In this document: positions 1-12,563 of the stretch, piece by piece
Position numbering within the stretch: the first letter of the stretch is position 1
Layout of the letters: each line of letters opens with the position of its first letter
Source of the DNA: Saprolegnia diclina VS20
Lineage: Eukaryota
NCBI RefSeq assembly: GCF_000281045.1
Contig: NW_008246075.1
Span: 576,970 to 640,969, forward strand
Direction of reading: 5' to 3'
Length of the DNA stretch: 64,000 nt
The notes under the pieces: generated by a model
What the model was told of the DNA's origin: nothing
What the model saw: only the letters and a program-made list of their open reading frames with translations
Database searches by the model: none
Made by a program: the position numbers and the translations under genes

Positions 1-2194
1 TGTAGTCATCCTGCTCGATGACATCAACTAGAACGGGCGCACGTAGGAGAACGAGTGCGCACCGCTCTATGTCAACTCGATTGGATGCTCGTGAACCGCT
101 TGCGCGGCACACGCTTCCCACAAGCCGCTCACTCAGCCCGTCACAGACAGTATGAATGTCCGAAGTTCGCAACTCGCACGAATCGTGCCCTTACACTTTG
201 ACATCCGAGCGCAAGTTGCTGGACGCAAAACGCGCTCTGGCCAAGCCCAAGCTCGACGTGGACATGTCCCATCACCATCTAACCCGTTCCCCGACCCCTT
301 CCACTGCTACGCGACCCTCTACACGCCTTTGTGACTCAATGAGTGTCGTTCCGTGGTGGCACAAGTCGTCGACAGGCAAACCCACCTCGAATTTTGTCTC
401 GTTCATCGACACGAAACCGCCGACAAATGACGTAGCTTCGCGCCTACCCACTTGGTCGACACCTACCACCACAGGTTCCAAGCCACGTTCTAACGAGGCG
501 AAAAAGGGCACCGGAAGCGTATGCAGGATATCAACATACTATGACTTGAAAAGTAGGGGGACGAAGGACACGACTGTTGGCCTATCAAAAGAAAAACAGC
601 TGTATTCCACGTGGCAGTCTCATACGCGATCTACCTACACTCTCGCAAAACCTACATTCTCAGTGCAGTTGCGATCTTGGCGCCTTGCGCTAATGGACAC
701 GACCAAGTCGTAGTTAGTTTTAAAAAGTGGAAAGTATAAACAAGGATTTCAATCGCTTAGATGACGCGTAACATGATGCCTAGGTCGCAAGAAACTTGAG
801 CGATGTTGCTGAAACCAAACACCGCTGTATACGCCCCCTGCGCGCGTACCGGCGCACTTCATGCGGAACGCCGAATACTTGTGTAGTATTCTCACACTGA
901 GGTTGCAAGGTCATGTTGTTTGCGCCTACTACTTGAACCTCATGTTCAAGGTGATTTTCGAGTTCAGTAAACGGTATGTTCCACCCACCGTTCTTCTCAC
1001 ATGTTCGGCATGAAGTCACCAAGGTGCGAAGTGATAGCTTGGACGGCTGGTACTGCTTCTCGTTTGCGCTGCGTTGCTAGCGCCGAGCCAACAGCGCATC
1101 CCCCTCCTCGCCCGAATCGTCGCAACGATACACGACATGGTATCTTCGCTGCGTTATCCTGTTATCTGGACAAGCTGCGTAGAGGCCGAGAGGACTCCTT
1201 AACTCCCCACGGGAAGTAGGAGCAGGCCTGTCTACTTCGAGTGGGAAGTTAACAGGTCGTGAGGCTGAGAAACCGGCGCAGCCCCTCGCTGCGGATGTTT
1301 CAGTTGTCCTCCGTGTTCATGGCGGGGCCAAAGACAGACGCGTTGGGACACACAGTTGTCTCTGGTAGCCTGATCGTGCTAGGCCGCTTAGTTTACACAC
1401 TGACGTTTCTCTGCTCGCGCCCGCGGTAATTGTGTCGGGGCTGCGCGCGCTACAGCAGTAGATTCTTCAGTCGATAGTGGTTCAATCGGTCCGTTGAGCC
1501 ATGCGCTGTGCGAACCACCTTGTTGGGCTCACTGCACTTGCTCTACTATGGTTCACTGCAGTGGGATGCTCGGATCCAGTGCATTTGGATAGCTCTCTTG
1601 ATGATTCAGCCCGCCAACAACAGGTTCGTCATGATGATCGCAGCCAGCGCGCAATGGCACTCATCCCAGAACCATCCGCTGCTGAATAGCGGCAGCTGGA
1701 CGAGCACTCAACACGCTCGTCTCCGTCCATTTCCTATCCCCTCTTGTCGTCTCCGCCACTTCATATGGGTGATCACGAGCTGCTGCGTCCAAGGTAGGCG
1801 ATACGAATCATGCATCAACCAGTTGGTGCGGCCTTGTTCCAGGCAAGAGCACTTGCATAGTCAGGCCATCGCATGTTTCTTTTGGCTCTCTTGTTGGTAT
1901 TCGTTGGTCGGACGGGAATGGACTGTATTGTTACGGCGCGCGCGGCGCCTCTGCGATGCGTTCACCGTCGCATGGACTGCTTCAACGAACCGCCGATAGC
2001 GCACGGGTGACGCCGTGTCCGCTCCCACCTGGATACTTGACCGCCTTTCCGCCATCGCGCCGTCGTGCTCCTCATCGTCGTCCTCCTACCGCCCACCAAG
2101 TTGCAAACACCGTTGCGCGAGTCGAGGTAGTCAAGGACACACGATATAAAACGCTTTTAACAAACTACCGAAATAAATACCCAATTCGATGGTC

Positions 2195-3010
2195 TTAGAG
2201 GATCGCCACGAACGGGTCAAAGGCAGAGATGAGGTCGAGGTCTTCGGGGGAAAATTCAAAAGACTCGTCGCCCTTTTTCGCGTCGAACGGAATCGGCTGC
2301 AACACCGACTCGACGTCGCACGGGCTCGGCAGCGTGTTGCTGTGCCACGAGTACATTTGCATGGCCGCAAACTCGAGCGCAACCTTGGTCTCAAAGTCCT
2401 CGGCCGGCGGAAGGTTCTGCGGCCGGCCGTACGACATCGGGACAAAGTCGGCGTCCCCCGGGCACGAAAAGTTGAAGGCCGGTGTCGATGCAGGCGCCGA
2501 GTGGCTGCGCGAGAGGGCTGGGGCCGACGTGGTCGCGGCCGGCGGCTCGGATGCCGACCGAGAGCGGACAAGGATCGGGATCGCAATCACATTGTCCACA
2601 CCGTTGCGCGGCGTTGTGGCCTTGGGGCGGTGCGTCTTGCGCTTGATGAGGAGCATCCGGTTCGGGTCGTCGCGGATAAAGTTGGGCTGGCAGTACACGG
2701 AGCTGTAGTCGTTTTCCTTGGCCTTGTGGAGCTTGCGGAAGCCAAAGTAGTTGAGCTGGCGCTGGAAGCTCGCAAACTTGTTGTGGCGAAAGTACGTGGG
2801 CAAAATGTGGCTCTCCATTGCGTCGTAGTCGTAGACGACAAAGGCCTTGCCGTCATGGCACCACGAGATCGTGCTCGGGCGCTCCTTGGTAAGGATCTCG
2901 TAGAGCGTGGCGAGGAAGGGCGCGACGGCCGAGCTCAGCATCGCGTCCGTGCGAGGCGAGTAGCCCGCACCGAGGTGGTAGTGTTGCGACTGGTACATGT
3001 GGCTGTTCAT
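2195..3010 (-). CDS. HSF-type DNA-binding transcription factor (paralogue 1)
   Basis: Intronless ORF with HSF DNA-binding signature PFLATLYEIL...ISWCHDGKAFVV...LPTYFRHNKFASFQRQLNYFGFRK. The ORF track starts at TTG 3046; the first ATG is at 3010. Confidence 0.92.
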   Translation of the reverse strand: MNSHMYQSQHYHLGAGYSPRTDAMLSSAVAPFLATLYEILTKERPSTISWCHDGKAFVVYDYDAMESHILPTYFRHNKFASFQRQLNYFGFRKLHKAKENDYSSVYCQPNFIRDDPNRMLLIKRKTHRPKATTPRNGVDNVIAIPILVRSRSASEPPAATTSAPALSRSHSAPASTPAFNFSCPGDADFVPMSYGRPQNLPPAEDFETKVALEFAAMQMYSWHSNTLPSPCDVESVLQPIPFDAKKGDESFEFSPEDLDLISAFDPFVAIL

Positions 3011-5534
3011 AGTGTGTGGCTCTTTGTGGTACGAGGCAAATTGCAATCTGAGCTAAGATGCGCCAAGCGTGGCAATAATTTGGTCCGACAGTCGTACTAC
3101 GACCACCTGTGAGAACTTCGACTTCGAGCAGGAGATAGCCAGATACACATGTGGTAGCTGTGCGCTTCGCCATGGACTGTCTGTCATTGATGGCACACGG
3201 CCGTGACGCGCCTTCAGTATTCGCACCCATAGTACCTCTAGTAAAGACAAGATGGTCGAATTGGACCAATTATTGGTCGCCTCGGCTTCAACAAACTTGG
3301 CGTCTGTTCCGTACGAGTAGTCCTGTATGGACTGGTGCATTTTGGTCGAGTTACACGGTGGCTGATGCCCGAGCCGTCGCTTTAAACCGGCTCACGACGG
3401 CGGTAAAGGAGGTGGTGGCGACGATCGGCACCGAAGGTCTGTCTCCCCACCCTCGCCGACTTGAAACGCCATTTTTGTTTACATGGAAAGCGTCGACAAG
3501 CACATTGGTGTGCACGTTGGCGATGTGTAGGTATAGAATATCATGTACATTTCATAAGTATGGGATTTTCACCGAGATGCACTTCCCTTTTCTGGCCACA
3601 GTCGTCGTTTGACGGTATTGAGAACAAAAGACAACGTGCTTTGCGAATATCAACTTACCACACGAGCGAATCAGCGCCACGGCGAACCTACTTGGTTCGA
3701 GATAACGACGTCGACGTCGCGGTAGGCACCAAGTGCGAGTCGGTCAAGTTGCGGTGACGCAAGTAGTTTCGCCGGATTGTGCGTTCTGCTTTGCGCATGA
3801 TGCGAGCAAAAGAAGCCGAAGCCCCGTGCTGGATGACGAAAGCACATTATGGCGCAGATCGGCAGTAGTACACTCGGCTCTGACGTACGATTGATTGCCA
3901 TTTTGGTGTCGGGATCTTGGCGTTCGCGCATTCTTTGCACAAAGCACACCCACAAAGACCACGGTGAAGAATCCTGTGAAAAATACAATCACACATCTTG
4001 TCACTCTGATATGCTGGCTAGGGCCAGGGTTGCGAGGCAAAGGGCAGACCGCGATGACGCAAGGGACGAGGAAGCGATGACCTGCATGCTAGTGCATAAC
4101 CGGGCGCCGGGTTCTCCACCTGCAATGATGTACACCACATATCCAAGCGCAAGGATGCCGTCTACTCCAGGGCTCGTACCACCGCGCGCCAACAGTGGGA
4201 TTCCGCGTCGCGTCCGTGCAGTGTCTCTGTGCGATCCAGCGTCAGATGTGCTGCATCAACAAACAGTACTTTTGGACCGCCCAGCACCGCACATTGCTTT
4301 CGAGACGGAGCACCACAATGGATAAGGTTGAGAGAGGAGGTCCTTCGTTTCACCACGCGCGAATGTGCATGGCCATCCAATCGTACGACGACCATGTTGT
4401 GACAATGAGGACAAGCAAGTACCAGCACAAGACGCGCGGCCTCTGGCCATTACGCAGCGTCGGCGCGTCACCAGTCACGTGGGTGGTAGTGTCAACTCGA
4501 CATGAAGTGCCCACAGTTTGCTCCGCGGTCCACACCGCGTTGTTGCTTCCTCGGCGTTGGCGCCAAATGATAGTTGGAGCTCAACGATTGCTGTATGCCG
4601 CGTCTTTGCCTTCTCCAGCAGGCTTCCGTGTTTGGTAATGACCCGCTCTTCCGTCAACGGCAAGTGGACGTGGTCATACATGCGAGAAGAAGGACCGTCT
4701 CCATGGCGAGTGTCCCGTCCGTGCGTCGTGGCACGAGTAAGTGTACATCCATCATTCGCGCGCCCAGGCGATAGCAACGCAGACTCGTCATCGATCAGTT
4801 TGTTGCACTGCGTTGCCATTATGCGTCGCTGCAAACGAACTGACTGCATGGTGCGCCTTCGAGCCCGCCACTCGACTGTCGAGCCTCCTTTGCTCCTTTG
4901 GCATGTGGATGCTCTTGCTGTGCGAGCCATTGCGTTCTGCGATCGGCCACTTTCTCATACCAACCGTTGGAACACGGATGGACAAAACCGAGAGGTGAGC
5001 GCATCGTTTGCTCTAGTGAAAGACAGCAGCAGATACGAGTCGATCGACTTCTAAGCGGGCATCGCGCAGCTGGGAGCGAGGAAAGCAGTCGAAGGCTGGG
5101 TTCTGAGCGGGAAAAAGGCTGCTGTATTACACGCCATGGTATTCCTGCGCCTCCTTCTTGCTGCGCGACGAAAAGACAAAGCCGAGGCTGTCGTCGAGCG
5201 TGGCCAAGTGCATGCGCAACTATTCCGAGATGACTCGCGTCCACGCTTAGAGTGTACTGTGTCTGCTGTGCATACGCCGACTCGGTTCAGACCCGCAGTT
5301 CGACAGGCACGTCCGCAGCAGCGTAACCAAATCAGATTCGATTTTACATGCGAGTGGCCGCTAGCGTATCAACTTGAACCTTGTCAGCCCTTGTCGGCAC
5401 AGACGTGGGCCGGGGGGTGACTGGTCGCGGGCGCCGATGCGAAGAAGAGCCACAAGCGTCGATAGACACGCGTTTACATTGAATAGTAGTAGTAGTAAAA
5501 TCCTAGTTGTATAGATACAGGACCGCTGCGGCGA

Positions 5535-6506
5535 CTAGGAGCAGAGCGGTGCGTCGCAGAGCATCTGGAGCTCCTCGGACGAGAAATCAATGCTGTCGTT
5601 GCCGCTCGTGCACTGAAACGGAATGGGCTGGATGTCGCCCCCCGCCTCACTCATCGTTGTCGGCACCTCGAGGCGGACATCTGCCCACGACGCCATCTTC
5701 ATGCTTGACATCTCCATCGCCATGCGCGTGTCAACGCCCACGGATGAGTGCATCGGCGTCGAGTGCGGATGCTGCTGATGGTGGTACGACTGCTGGTGGT
5801 GGTGTTGCGGGGTGTACTGGGGCGGGTACATATCAAGCGTCGGTCGCAGGTCGTAGCTGTTGTGGTCGTGGACGCTCAGGAACGGGCTGCTCTCGAGCGA
5901 AAGCGGGTCAAAGTCCAGGTGTGGGCGGTTGTCATACCCCGCCGTGTCGAACGGCGTCGGGTTGCTCGAGCTTCGAGAGAGCGACGGCGCATAGTTCATG
6001 TGGTAGAGCATCGGGTCGGACATGCTCTTGCTGCGCGTGAATGCCGGCATGTCCGGGTTGTAAAAGCTAAAGTCGCTCGACGACGACGACGACGGCGTCG
6101 ACGCACTCGAAGGCCGGCGCCCAGATGCAGATGGCGTCGATCCGGCCGTCGGTGTCTTGAGTCGCTGCGTCTTGCGCTTGATCTGGAGCATGCGCGACGG
6201 GTCGCTCTTGATGAAGAACGGCTGCGAGTACGTACTGCTCGTGTCGTTCTCCTTGGCCTTGTGGAGTTTGCGGAAGCCAAAGTAGTTGAGCTGGCGCTGA
6301 AAGCTCGCAAACTTGTTGTGGCGAAAGTACGTTGGCAAAATATCGCGCTCCATTGCATCGTAGTCGTGGACAATGAACGACTTGCCATCATCGCACCAGC
6401 CAACGATGCTCGCGTCCTCTTTTGAGAGGATCTCGTAGAGCGACGCAAGGAAGGGCGCGACGACCGTTGTGAAGGACGCCGACGTCGGCTTGGTCTCAGA
6501 CGCCAT
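5535..6506 (-). CDS. HSF-type DNA-binding transcription factor (paralogue 2)
   Basis: Same HSF signature (FRHNKFASFQRQLNYFGFRK). Start taken at aaaATGgcg 6506; an in-frame upstream ATG exists at 6557. Confidence 0.92.
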   Translation of the reverse strand: MASETKPTSASFTTVVAPFLASLYEILSKEDASIVGWCDDGKSFIVHDYDAMERDILPTYFRHNKFASFQRQLNYFGFRKLHKAKENDTSSTYSQPFFIKSDPSRMLQIKRKTQRLKTPTAGSTPSASGRRPSSASTPSSSSSSDFSFYNPDMPAFTRSKSMSDPMLYHMNYAPSLSRSSSNPTPFDTAGYDNRPHLDFDPLSLESSPFLSVHDHNSYDLRPTLDMYPPQYTPQHHHQQSYHHQQHPHSTPMHSSVGVDTRMAMEMSSMKMASWADVRLEVPTTMSEAGGDIQPIPFQCTSGNDSIDFSSEELQMLCDAPLCS

Positions 6507-7623
6507 TTTGCCACAGAAGAGAAATTGGACTATGCCAGATATGCCTGTAGGAGACATCGTACAGCTGGATCAAGGGATTGATCCCGCGGGACGCCTTTGC
6601 CGAGATGTAACTCGGCGCGTCCTCCGAGTGTAACGCAGCTGGACGTGCCGGTAAGCCGAGACGTCACCGCTGCGCGACGAGGAGCGGGCTTCAGATCCAG
6701 CGCGTCGATGCGTCGTGTACTAGGATCCTACCCAGTGCAATCCACGCGCACATTGCTCTTTGCAAGTACGGAGTCACGGGAAGTTGCCCTTGCCCTGTCT
6801 TTGCCAGTGGCTTGAGCACCAACCACGATCGCTCCCAAACCTGCGCTCGTACATGTACCTAGTACTGGGACTGGTATGCAGAGGTCGACTGAACGCAAGC
6901 CGCGACGGTCCATGAAGCGCATACGACGACGACATGTCTGTCGCCATGCAAGCCTTTCGCAGCCAAGGTCGCAACATTGCGGCAAGCATCTTCCGACGAC
7001 GTGCTTAGACACGCGGGCGACGGTATGGACGGACCGCATCAAGAAAATCAGTACTGAGAGGCGATGAGAGGTGGTGATGGTCCAATGATACAGACAGCGC
7101 GCTGGCTCGTCGTCATGTCATCCGACTAGGTCGCGACGCCCCTACCAACCTACTACCACCACCGCGGTGGATCCTCTCTGTAGACATGGAAGAAGAAGAG
7201 AGACGATGGCTACGGCCAGAGTAGCTCTGCGCGTGTTACAGCGCTCGCTTGCTACTCGTGCTCGCGCTTGATGGCGCTGTGGTAGTACCGTGTATGGTAA
7301 GTAGCAGTCGTGCGCGATGACGGCGCGTCGGCACGGAAAGGCCACCAGGTCCGGCGCTACTAATCGCGAGATCGCGTGTACAAGTAGCCGCACCAGATGG
7401 GTCCGCGGAAACTTCAGTCGCCCGCCTCCCTCTTGACGTACTGCGATGATGCCATCGTCGCCGAGCATGGCTGCTTGTCGCTTCCTCTTTCGGATGGACT
7501 GCATGAAGTGCAAACGACGTGGTGGAGAATGCGCATTCCAAGCGTGATAAGGTTATTAATATTAAATGACTCGCTAACAACGAAAACTATGGCACAGCAG
7601 ACAGAGACGACGACGACGCGGAT

Positions 7624-8565
7624 TTACAGATAGCACTCGAGCGGGTCGTCGCAGAGCAGCTGGAGGTCCTCAGTCGTAAAGAGCTTGGCGTCGTCGGTCG
7701 TTGCATCGTCGAACGGAATCGGGTCTTCGACCACGGGGCTCGTAAAGAAGTCGTGGTTCCACACCTGCATGGTCGCAAACTCGAGCGCCATTGACGTCTC
7801 GACCTGCATGTCGGGGTTGGCGACCGGCGTCGCGAGCGCCGCGCTGGGCATCTGGTAGAGAAGCGCCGGGTCCGAGAGCGCGTGCGGCCGGCCGTAGTTG
7901 CCGTTGTCCACGGGCAAGAACGGGTTGACGTTCATAAAGGGCGACTCGTACATGTTGGCGTAGCCGTGCGTCGGTGTCGAGCTCTGGTTGTTGTTTTGCG
8001 GCAGGTAGATCATCGGGTCCGAGACGCTCTTGGCGCGCGTGTACGCGTGGTGCTCCATGTCCATGCCAGTATGGCTGTACTGACCCGGGTAGAAGGCAAA
8101 GTCGTCGATCGCCATTGGCGACCGCTGCGCGCCGTTGCGCGGCGTCGACCCGTTGCGCGGCGTCGAGCCCTTCAGACGGTGCGTCTTGCGCTTGATGAGG
8201 AGCATGCGCGACGGGTCGTTCTTGACAAAGCACGGCTGGCAGTAGATACTGCTCGTGTCGTTCTCGCGCGCCTTGTGGAGCTTGCGGAAGCCAAAGTAGT
8301 TGAGCTGGCGCTGGAAGCTTGCGTACTTGTTGTGGCGAAAGTACGTGGGCAAAATATCGCGCTCCATTGCGTCGTTGTCATGGACTACGAACGACTTGCC
8401 ATCGTCGCACCATGAGACGATCTTGGCGTCTTCTTTCGAGAGGATCTCGTAGAGCGACGCGAGGAAGGGCGCGACCGCCGAGTTGATAGCCTTGGGCGAC
8501 GACGATGGCATTTGCTTTTGCGGCGAGTAGGTTGTCGGCGACGCGGTCGTGGTCTCGGGCAGCAT
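7624..8565 (-). CDS. HSF-type DNA-binding transcription factor (paralogue 3)
   Basis: HSF signature FRHNKYASFQRQLNYFGFRK. First ATG at 8565. Contains an internal STPRNG duplication. Confidence 0.92.
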   Translation of the reverse strand: MLPETTTASPTTYSPQKQMPSSSPKAINSAVAPFLASLYEILSKEDAKIVSWCDDGKSFVVHDNDAMERDILPTYFRHNKYASFQRQLNYFGFRKLHKARENDTSSIYCQPCFVKNDPSRMLLIKRKTHRLKGSTPRNGSTPRNGAQRSPMAIDDFAFYPGQYSHTGMDMEHHAYTRAKSVSDPMIYLPQNNNQSSTPTHGYANMYESPFMNVNPFLPVDNGNYGRPHALSDPALLYQMPSAALATPVANPDMQVETSMALEFATMQVWNHDFFTSPVVEDPIPFDDATTDDAKLFTTEDLQLLCDDPLECYL

Positions 8566-10785
8566 CGTCGAGGGATCAAGTGATGCCAAAGTAGAAAGTT
8601 GGGAAATGAACTGGATGATGGCGTGGTGGGATTGCTAGATATATTTGCGAAACTTCTGGCCTCATCCGCTGGCGTGGATGGTGTTGCCCCATAGTAATTT
8701 CACTGTACACGAGCAAGCCCGCGGCAAGGAAGCGACAGCTCCGAGTACCCGACCACCGATTACTCACGCCCAGCTGTCGCAGCCACAGCGCCTGTCGAAA
8801 CGGCGTTAAAGAGACGGCACGAATGCTCATTGGTGGATCGCGTCGCGTTTATACTGGACGACGCGTTAAACGCGCTGATCCGCGGCATCTCAGCTCGCAG
8901 CGCACCATTCCCGGCCTCGTCCGCGCGCTGTAATGCAAAAGATACTATGGGCGATTGATGCCCCTACGGTACCCGGACTTGGCAGCACGTCTTTGGCGCA
9001 TCTCGGAGGCCGCGACGAGTGGTGCAAGGTTACCCAAAACCAGATCGGGATGCGCTGCTCGCAATGCAAGTGCGATGATTGGTGTCGCCCGTCTCGCGAG
9101 ACAGGAGCGCTGCCTCCTCTTCCTGCCCACACGCGACAACTTCAAGGCGCAGTGTGGTCAAGCCCAGGTCGTCACCGATGTGACGCATGCTCCATCTGTT
9201 TTCTGTCCAAAAGCGTGGCTTGCACATGCAGACACCAAAACAACTCTGTGTTTGTATACTGCAGTGGCTTCCGCGACGCCTGCTGGTACACGATGAGGCC
9301 ACCGTGTGCTGGACACGCTGATCGTGGCCATCATATCGCCCTCCTTGCAGTGACAGAGTCTCGGCATAGCAGCCAACTCAGTGCGGCGGCGAGTTGAAGC
9401 ATTGGCGACGGCAACTCTACGAGACGTCTCCGACCCACGCACCGTACGAGCGGCGAAATTTGTGGCCGAAATTTGGCGCCTGCCAAGGTGCCTGTCGAGT
9501 GTAGCAAGATGGGCCAAGATGGGCGATCTGGGAGGCTTTTCTGAAGTTTGGATGGTGTCAGGGTGCCAAACTGACCATGCCGCACGGACGATCGGCACCG
9601 AAATGGCACGGCGATAAGTCAAGAGATAGCCTTGGTGGCAAGCTGCATAGAAAAGCGGAAATGCGATGCCCGCCTCATCCCTGTCGTGATTGGGATTCGC
9701 AATACTAGTACCAGTACGAGTCTTTCATTCGTCCTTGGCCGTTGGCGTCCTTGTTGGCGGGAAAGGAAACGCGCCAATTATCCTCCCACAACCACCGCGC
9801 AGTGCGAGCTCCTCCAAGCGCAGTGATGCGACGTAACGGGTCGTTTGCTCCCACACTACGCACTAGTCGTCTGCACCAAGAGCGTGCTTGGCGTCATCCA
9901 ACGCGCGCGCGATGGAGTAATATGAATCTGCGAACCGTGCCAAAGGACAGCGCGCAAGCATCATCGAGACGGACCCATTGCTCGCACAACGGCAACCGGC
10001 CCCAGGATGCAGCGCACCACCGAGATAGGATGCTGATGATGCACTCACAACAGAGCGCTGGATGTTGTCGTGATGCGATCATCGAGTTCACATTGGCCAT
10101 GCACGTACTTGCAAGCAGTTGGTTTGACGGACCGATCGGTGGAACAAAACCACGACTGGCCCAATCTCGCCCGACGCCGTCGTTTCATGGAAGCACGCGG
10201 TCGTCGTTGCCAGGAATGCCAGTGGCAGCGCGGAACCAAGCAGTGCGAGACCGATCCTGGCGACTTGCCAAGACGCCTTGCCATCGAACGTCGCCAAGTC
10301 ACATGATAGAGACGTTGGCGCGCAAAATTGCTCGAAATTTCGACTTTTTCACTCGTTGCCAGCATAAGTCTAGTACTCGTTGCTTCGCGTCAGACGGCAA
10401 TTCAGCGGCCGCGTGTCAAGTCGATTTCTGAGCTACTTCCGCGGCCTTGTCGATCAATCTCCTCTCGTCGACGCGTCGACAGTCGTTGCTATCGTCGGTT
10501 TCCCTAGTCGATATTCTAGTCGATCGTATTAGTCGATGTCGCGTAGTTGGTTGTAGTCGATCTTTGTAGTCGTTTAGTGGGTAGCAAACTATCCGGATAA
10601 TTGAACCGCGCGATCTTCGTCCGGATACGAATCGAAAACGGTTGCGGCTGCGGCTGTGAACGGACGTGGCGAGTTTTATTCGGCGAAGTATACAAATACC
10701 AAGTGAGCAAATCGAGTTTGGATTAAATTGCACTGGCTACGGCCGCGATCTTTGTCGGCCATTGCCAGATCTTGCGAGTGACCTC

Positions 10786-12416
10786 ATGAAGCTCAAGCGG
10801 TTCCTCCTGCGCTACTACCCGCCGGGGATCATCCTCGAGTACGAGCTGCGCGATGCGACCCGCGAGATGAAGGAGATCGACCTCTTGCATCTGACGGCCG
10901 AGTACGAGGCGACGCGATCGACATGCGGAAGCTTAGCATGGGCTGCGTAGGTCCGACATTGAGGTGCTCGTCAACCAGATCGTATTTGAAGAGCCGCTCA
11001 TCTCCGAGTCGCGCAAGCCGCAGCTCCGACGACTCATCTACAGTGCGTGGCCAGCATCGTTGCCGCGCATCAGCTCATGCTTCTGGGTTAGAGCTCATTG
11101 AGAAGCTCGAAGTGAACGACAATAGCGACTTTTACCTCTTCAAGATCCTCCGTGCACACATCTTGCCGCTGACCAACTGCGCCTTCAACAAGTCGGGCGA
11201 CAAGTACGCAAGCGCACACGCCCGCAAATGGCTCATTTCGCCGGCTAGGTTCATCACGGGCAGCTACGACCGCACGTGTAAAGTCTGGGACACCCAGAGC
11301 GGCGACGAGCTCTTGACGCTTGAGGGGCACAAGAACGTTGTGTACGCCATCGCGTTCAACAACCCATATGGGTACGTGCGTCCGATGCGGCGTGACCGCT
11401 CATGGACTCGTAGCGACAAGATCATCACAGGGTCCTTTGACAAGACGTGCAAGGTAATGAAAGACCTCGCCATGCAAGTTGCTCAACGGAAGCTCATGAA
11501 CGACGTCTCATAGCTCTGGAATGCCGACACGGGACAGCTCTACCACACGTACCGTGGCCACTCGACCGAGATTGTCTGCCTATCCTTCAACCCGCAAGGC
11601 ACGGTCATCGCGACCGGGTCGATGGACAATACAGCCAAGCTCTGGGACGTCGAGAGCGGCCAGGAGTTGCACACACTTTTGGTACGAAGCCCGCCCAAGC
11701 CCTCCTCATGCTGCTTTGTAGGGACACACGGCTGAAATCGTGAGTCTCAACTTTGACGCCCAAGGCGAAAAGATCATCACCGGGTCGTTCGACCACACGG
11801 TCAAGGTCTGGGACGTGCGTAGCGGACGGTACACGCATACGCGCAGTCCGACTCTTATCGTTTGGTTCCTAGCTGCATCCACACGCTCGCGGGCCACCAC
11901 GGCGAGATCTCGAGCACGCAGTTCAGCTACACGGGCGAGCTCTGCATTAGCGGGTCCATCGACCGCACCTGCAAAATCTGGGACGTTGCCAGCGGTCAGA
12001 ACGTGCAGGTACTCTCACAAGGGTGATCTCGCACGGTTGATACCATCCGACCATAGACGCTGCGCGGCCATAACGACGAAATCCTCGACGTGTCCTTCAA
12101 CTCGACCGGCTCCAAGCTCGTGACAGCGTCGGCCGATGGCACATCGCGCATCTACAACACGATGACGGGCGCGTGCCAAGCCATCTTGATTGGCCACGAA
12201 GCAGAGATCTCGAAGGTTACGTTCAACCCGCAAGGCTCCAAGGTTTTGACGGCGAGCTCGGACAAAGTCGCGCGCCTCTGGGAAGTCGAGACGGGCGACT
12301 GCCTCCAAATGCTCGAAGGCCACACCGATGAGATCTTTAGTTGCGCCTTCAACTATGAAGGCGACACGATCATCACGGGTTCCAAGGACAACACGTGCCG
12401 CATCTGGAAGTGCTAA
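10786..12416 (+). CDS. DAW1: Dynein assembly factor with WD repeats 1 (WDR69/ODA16), 9 exons
   Basis: N-terminus [19 protein letters not shown], then [14 protein letters not shown] and WD40 repeats ending [13 protein letters not shown]. Eight GT-AG introns restore the frame: 10902-10950, 11043-11091, 11204-11248, 11372-11413, 11454-11513, 11682-11720, 11829-11872, 12009-12056. Confidence 0.93.
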
Positions 12417-12563
12417 GGCGACGAGGATATGATGATAATGACTACGCGAAGACGCCTTGCCTCTCTTTCGCACGTCGTATCGTAGAGGAGGCATGGTGGC
12501 ATGGGATGGCGTGTACTATGTGTATATAAGGCGAACGTAGGCTAACATCTTGGCGGCGTGTGC

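Noticed and set aside
152..1022. Short ORFs at the window start as a gene or retroelement
   Set aside because: No recognisable domain, no coding-type codon bias, and in-frame stops. Could be a decayed fragment but cannot be supported.
1260..1440. TPP riboswitch (GCTGAGA motif)
   Set aside because: The downstream CCC..GAACCTGAT..GGTAAT..GCG.AGGGA elements are not in the required arrangement.
3340..5500. Many overlapping 60-180 aa ORFs between the HSF genes (also 8900-10450)
   Set aside because: Arg/Cys/Ser-rich random translations typical of GC-rich intergenic DNA, with no motifs.
8648..8657. Heat-shock element cGAAacTTCt upstream of HSF paralogue 3
   Set aside because: Only two nGAAn units, which is expected by chance.
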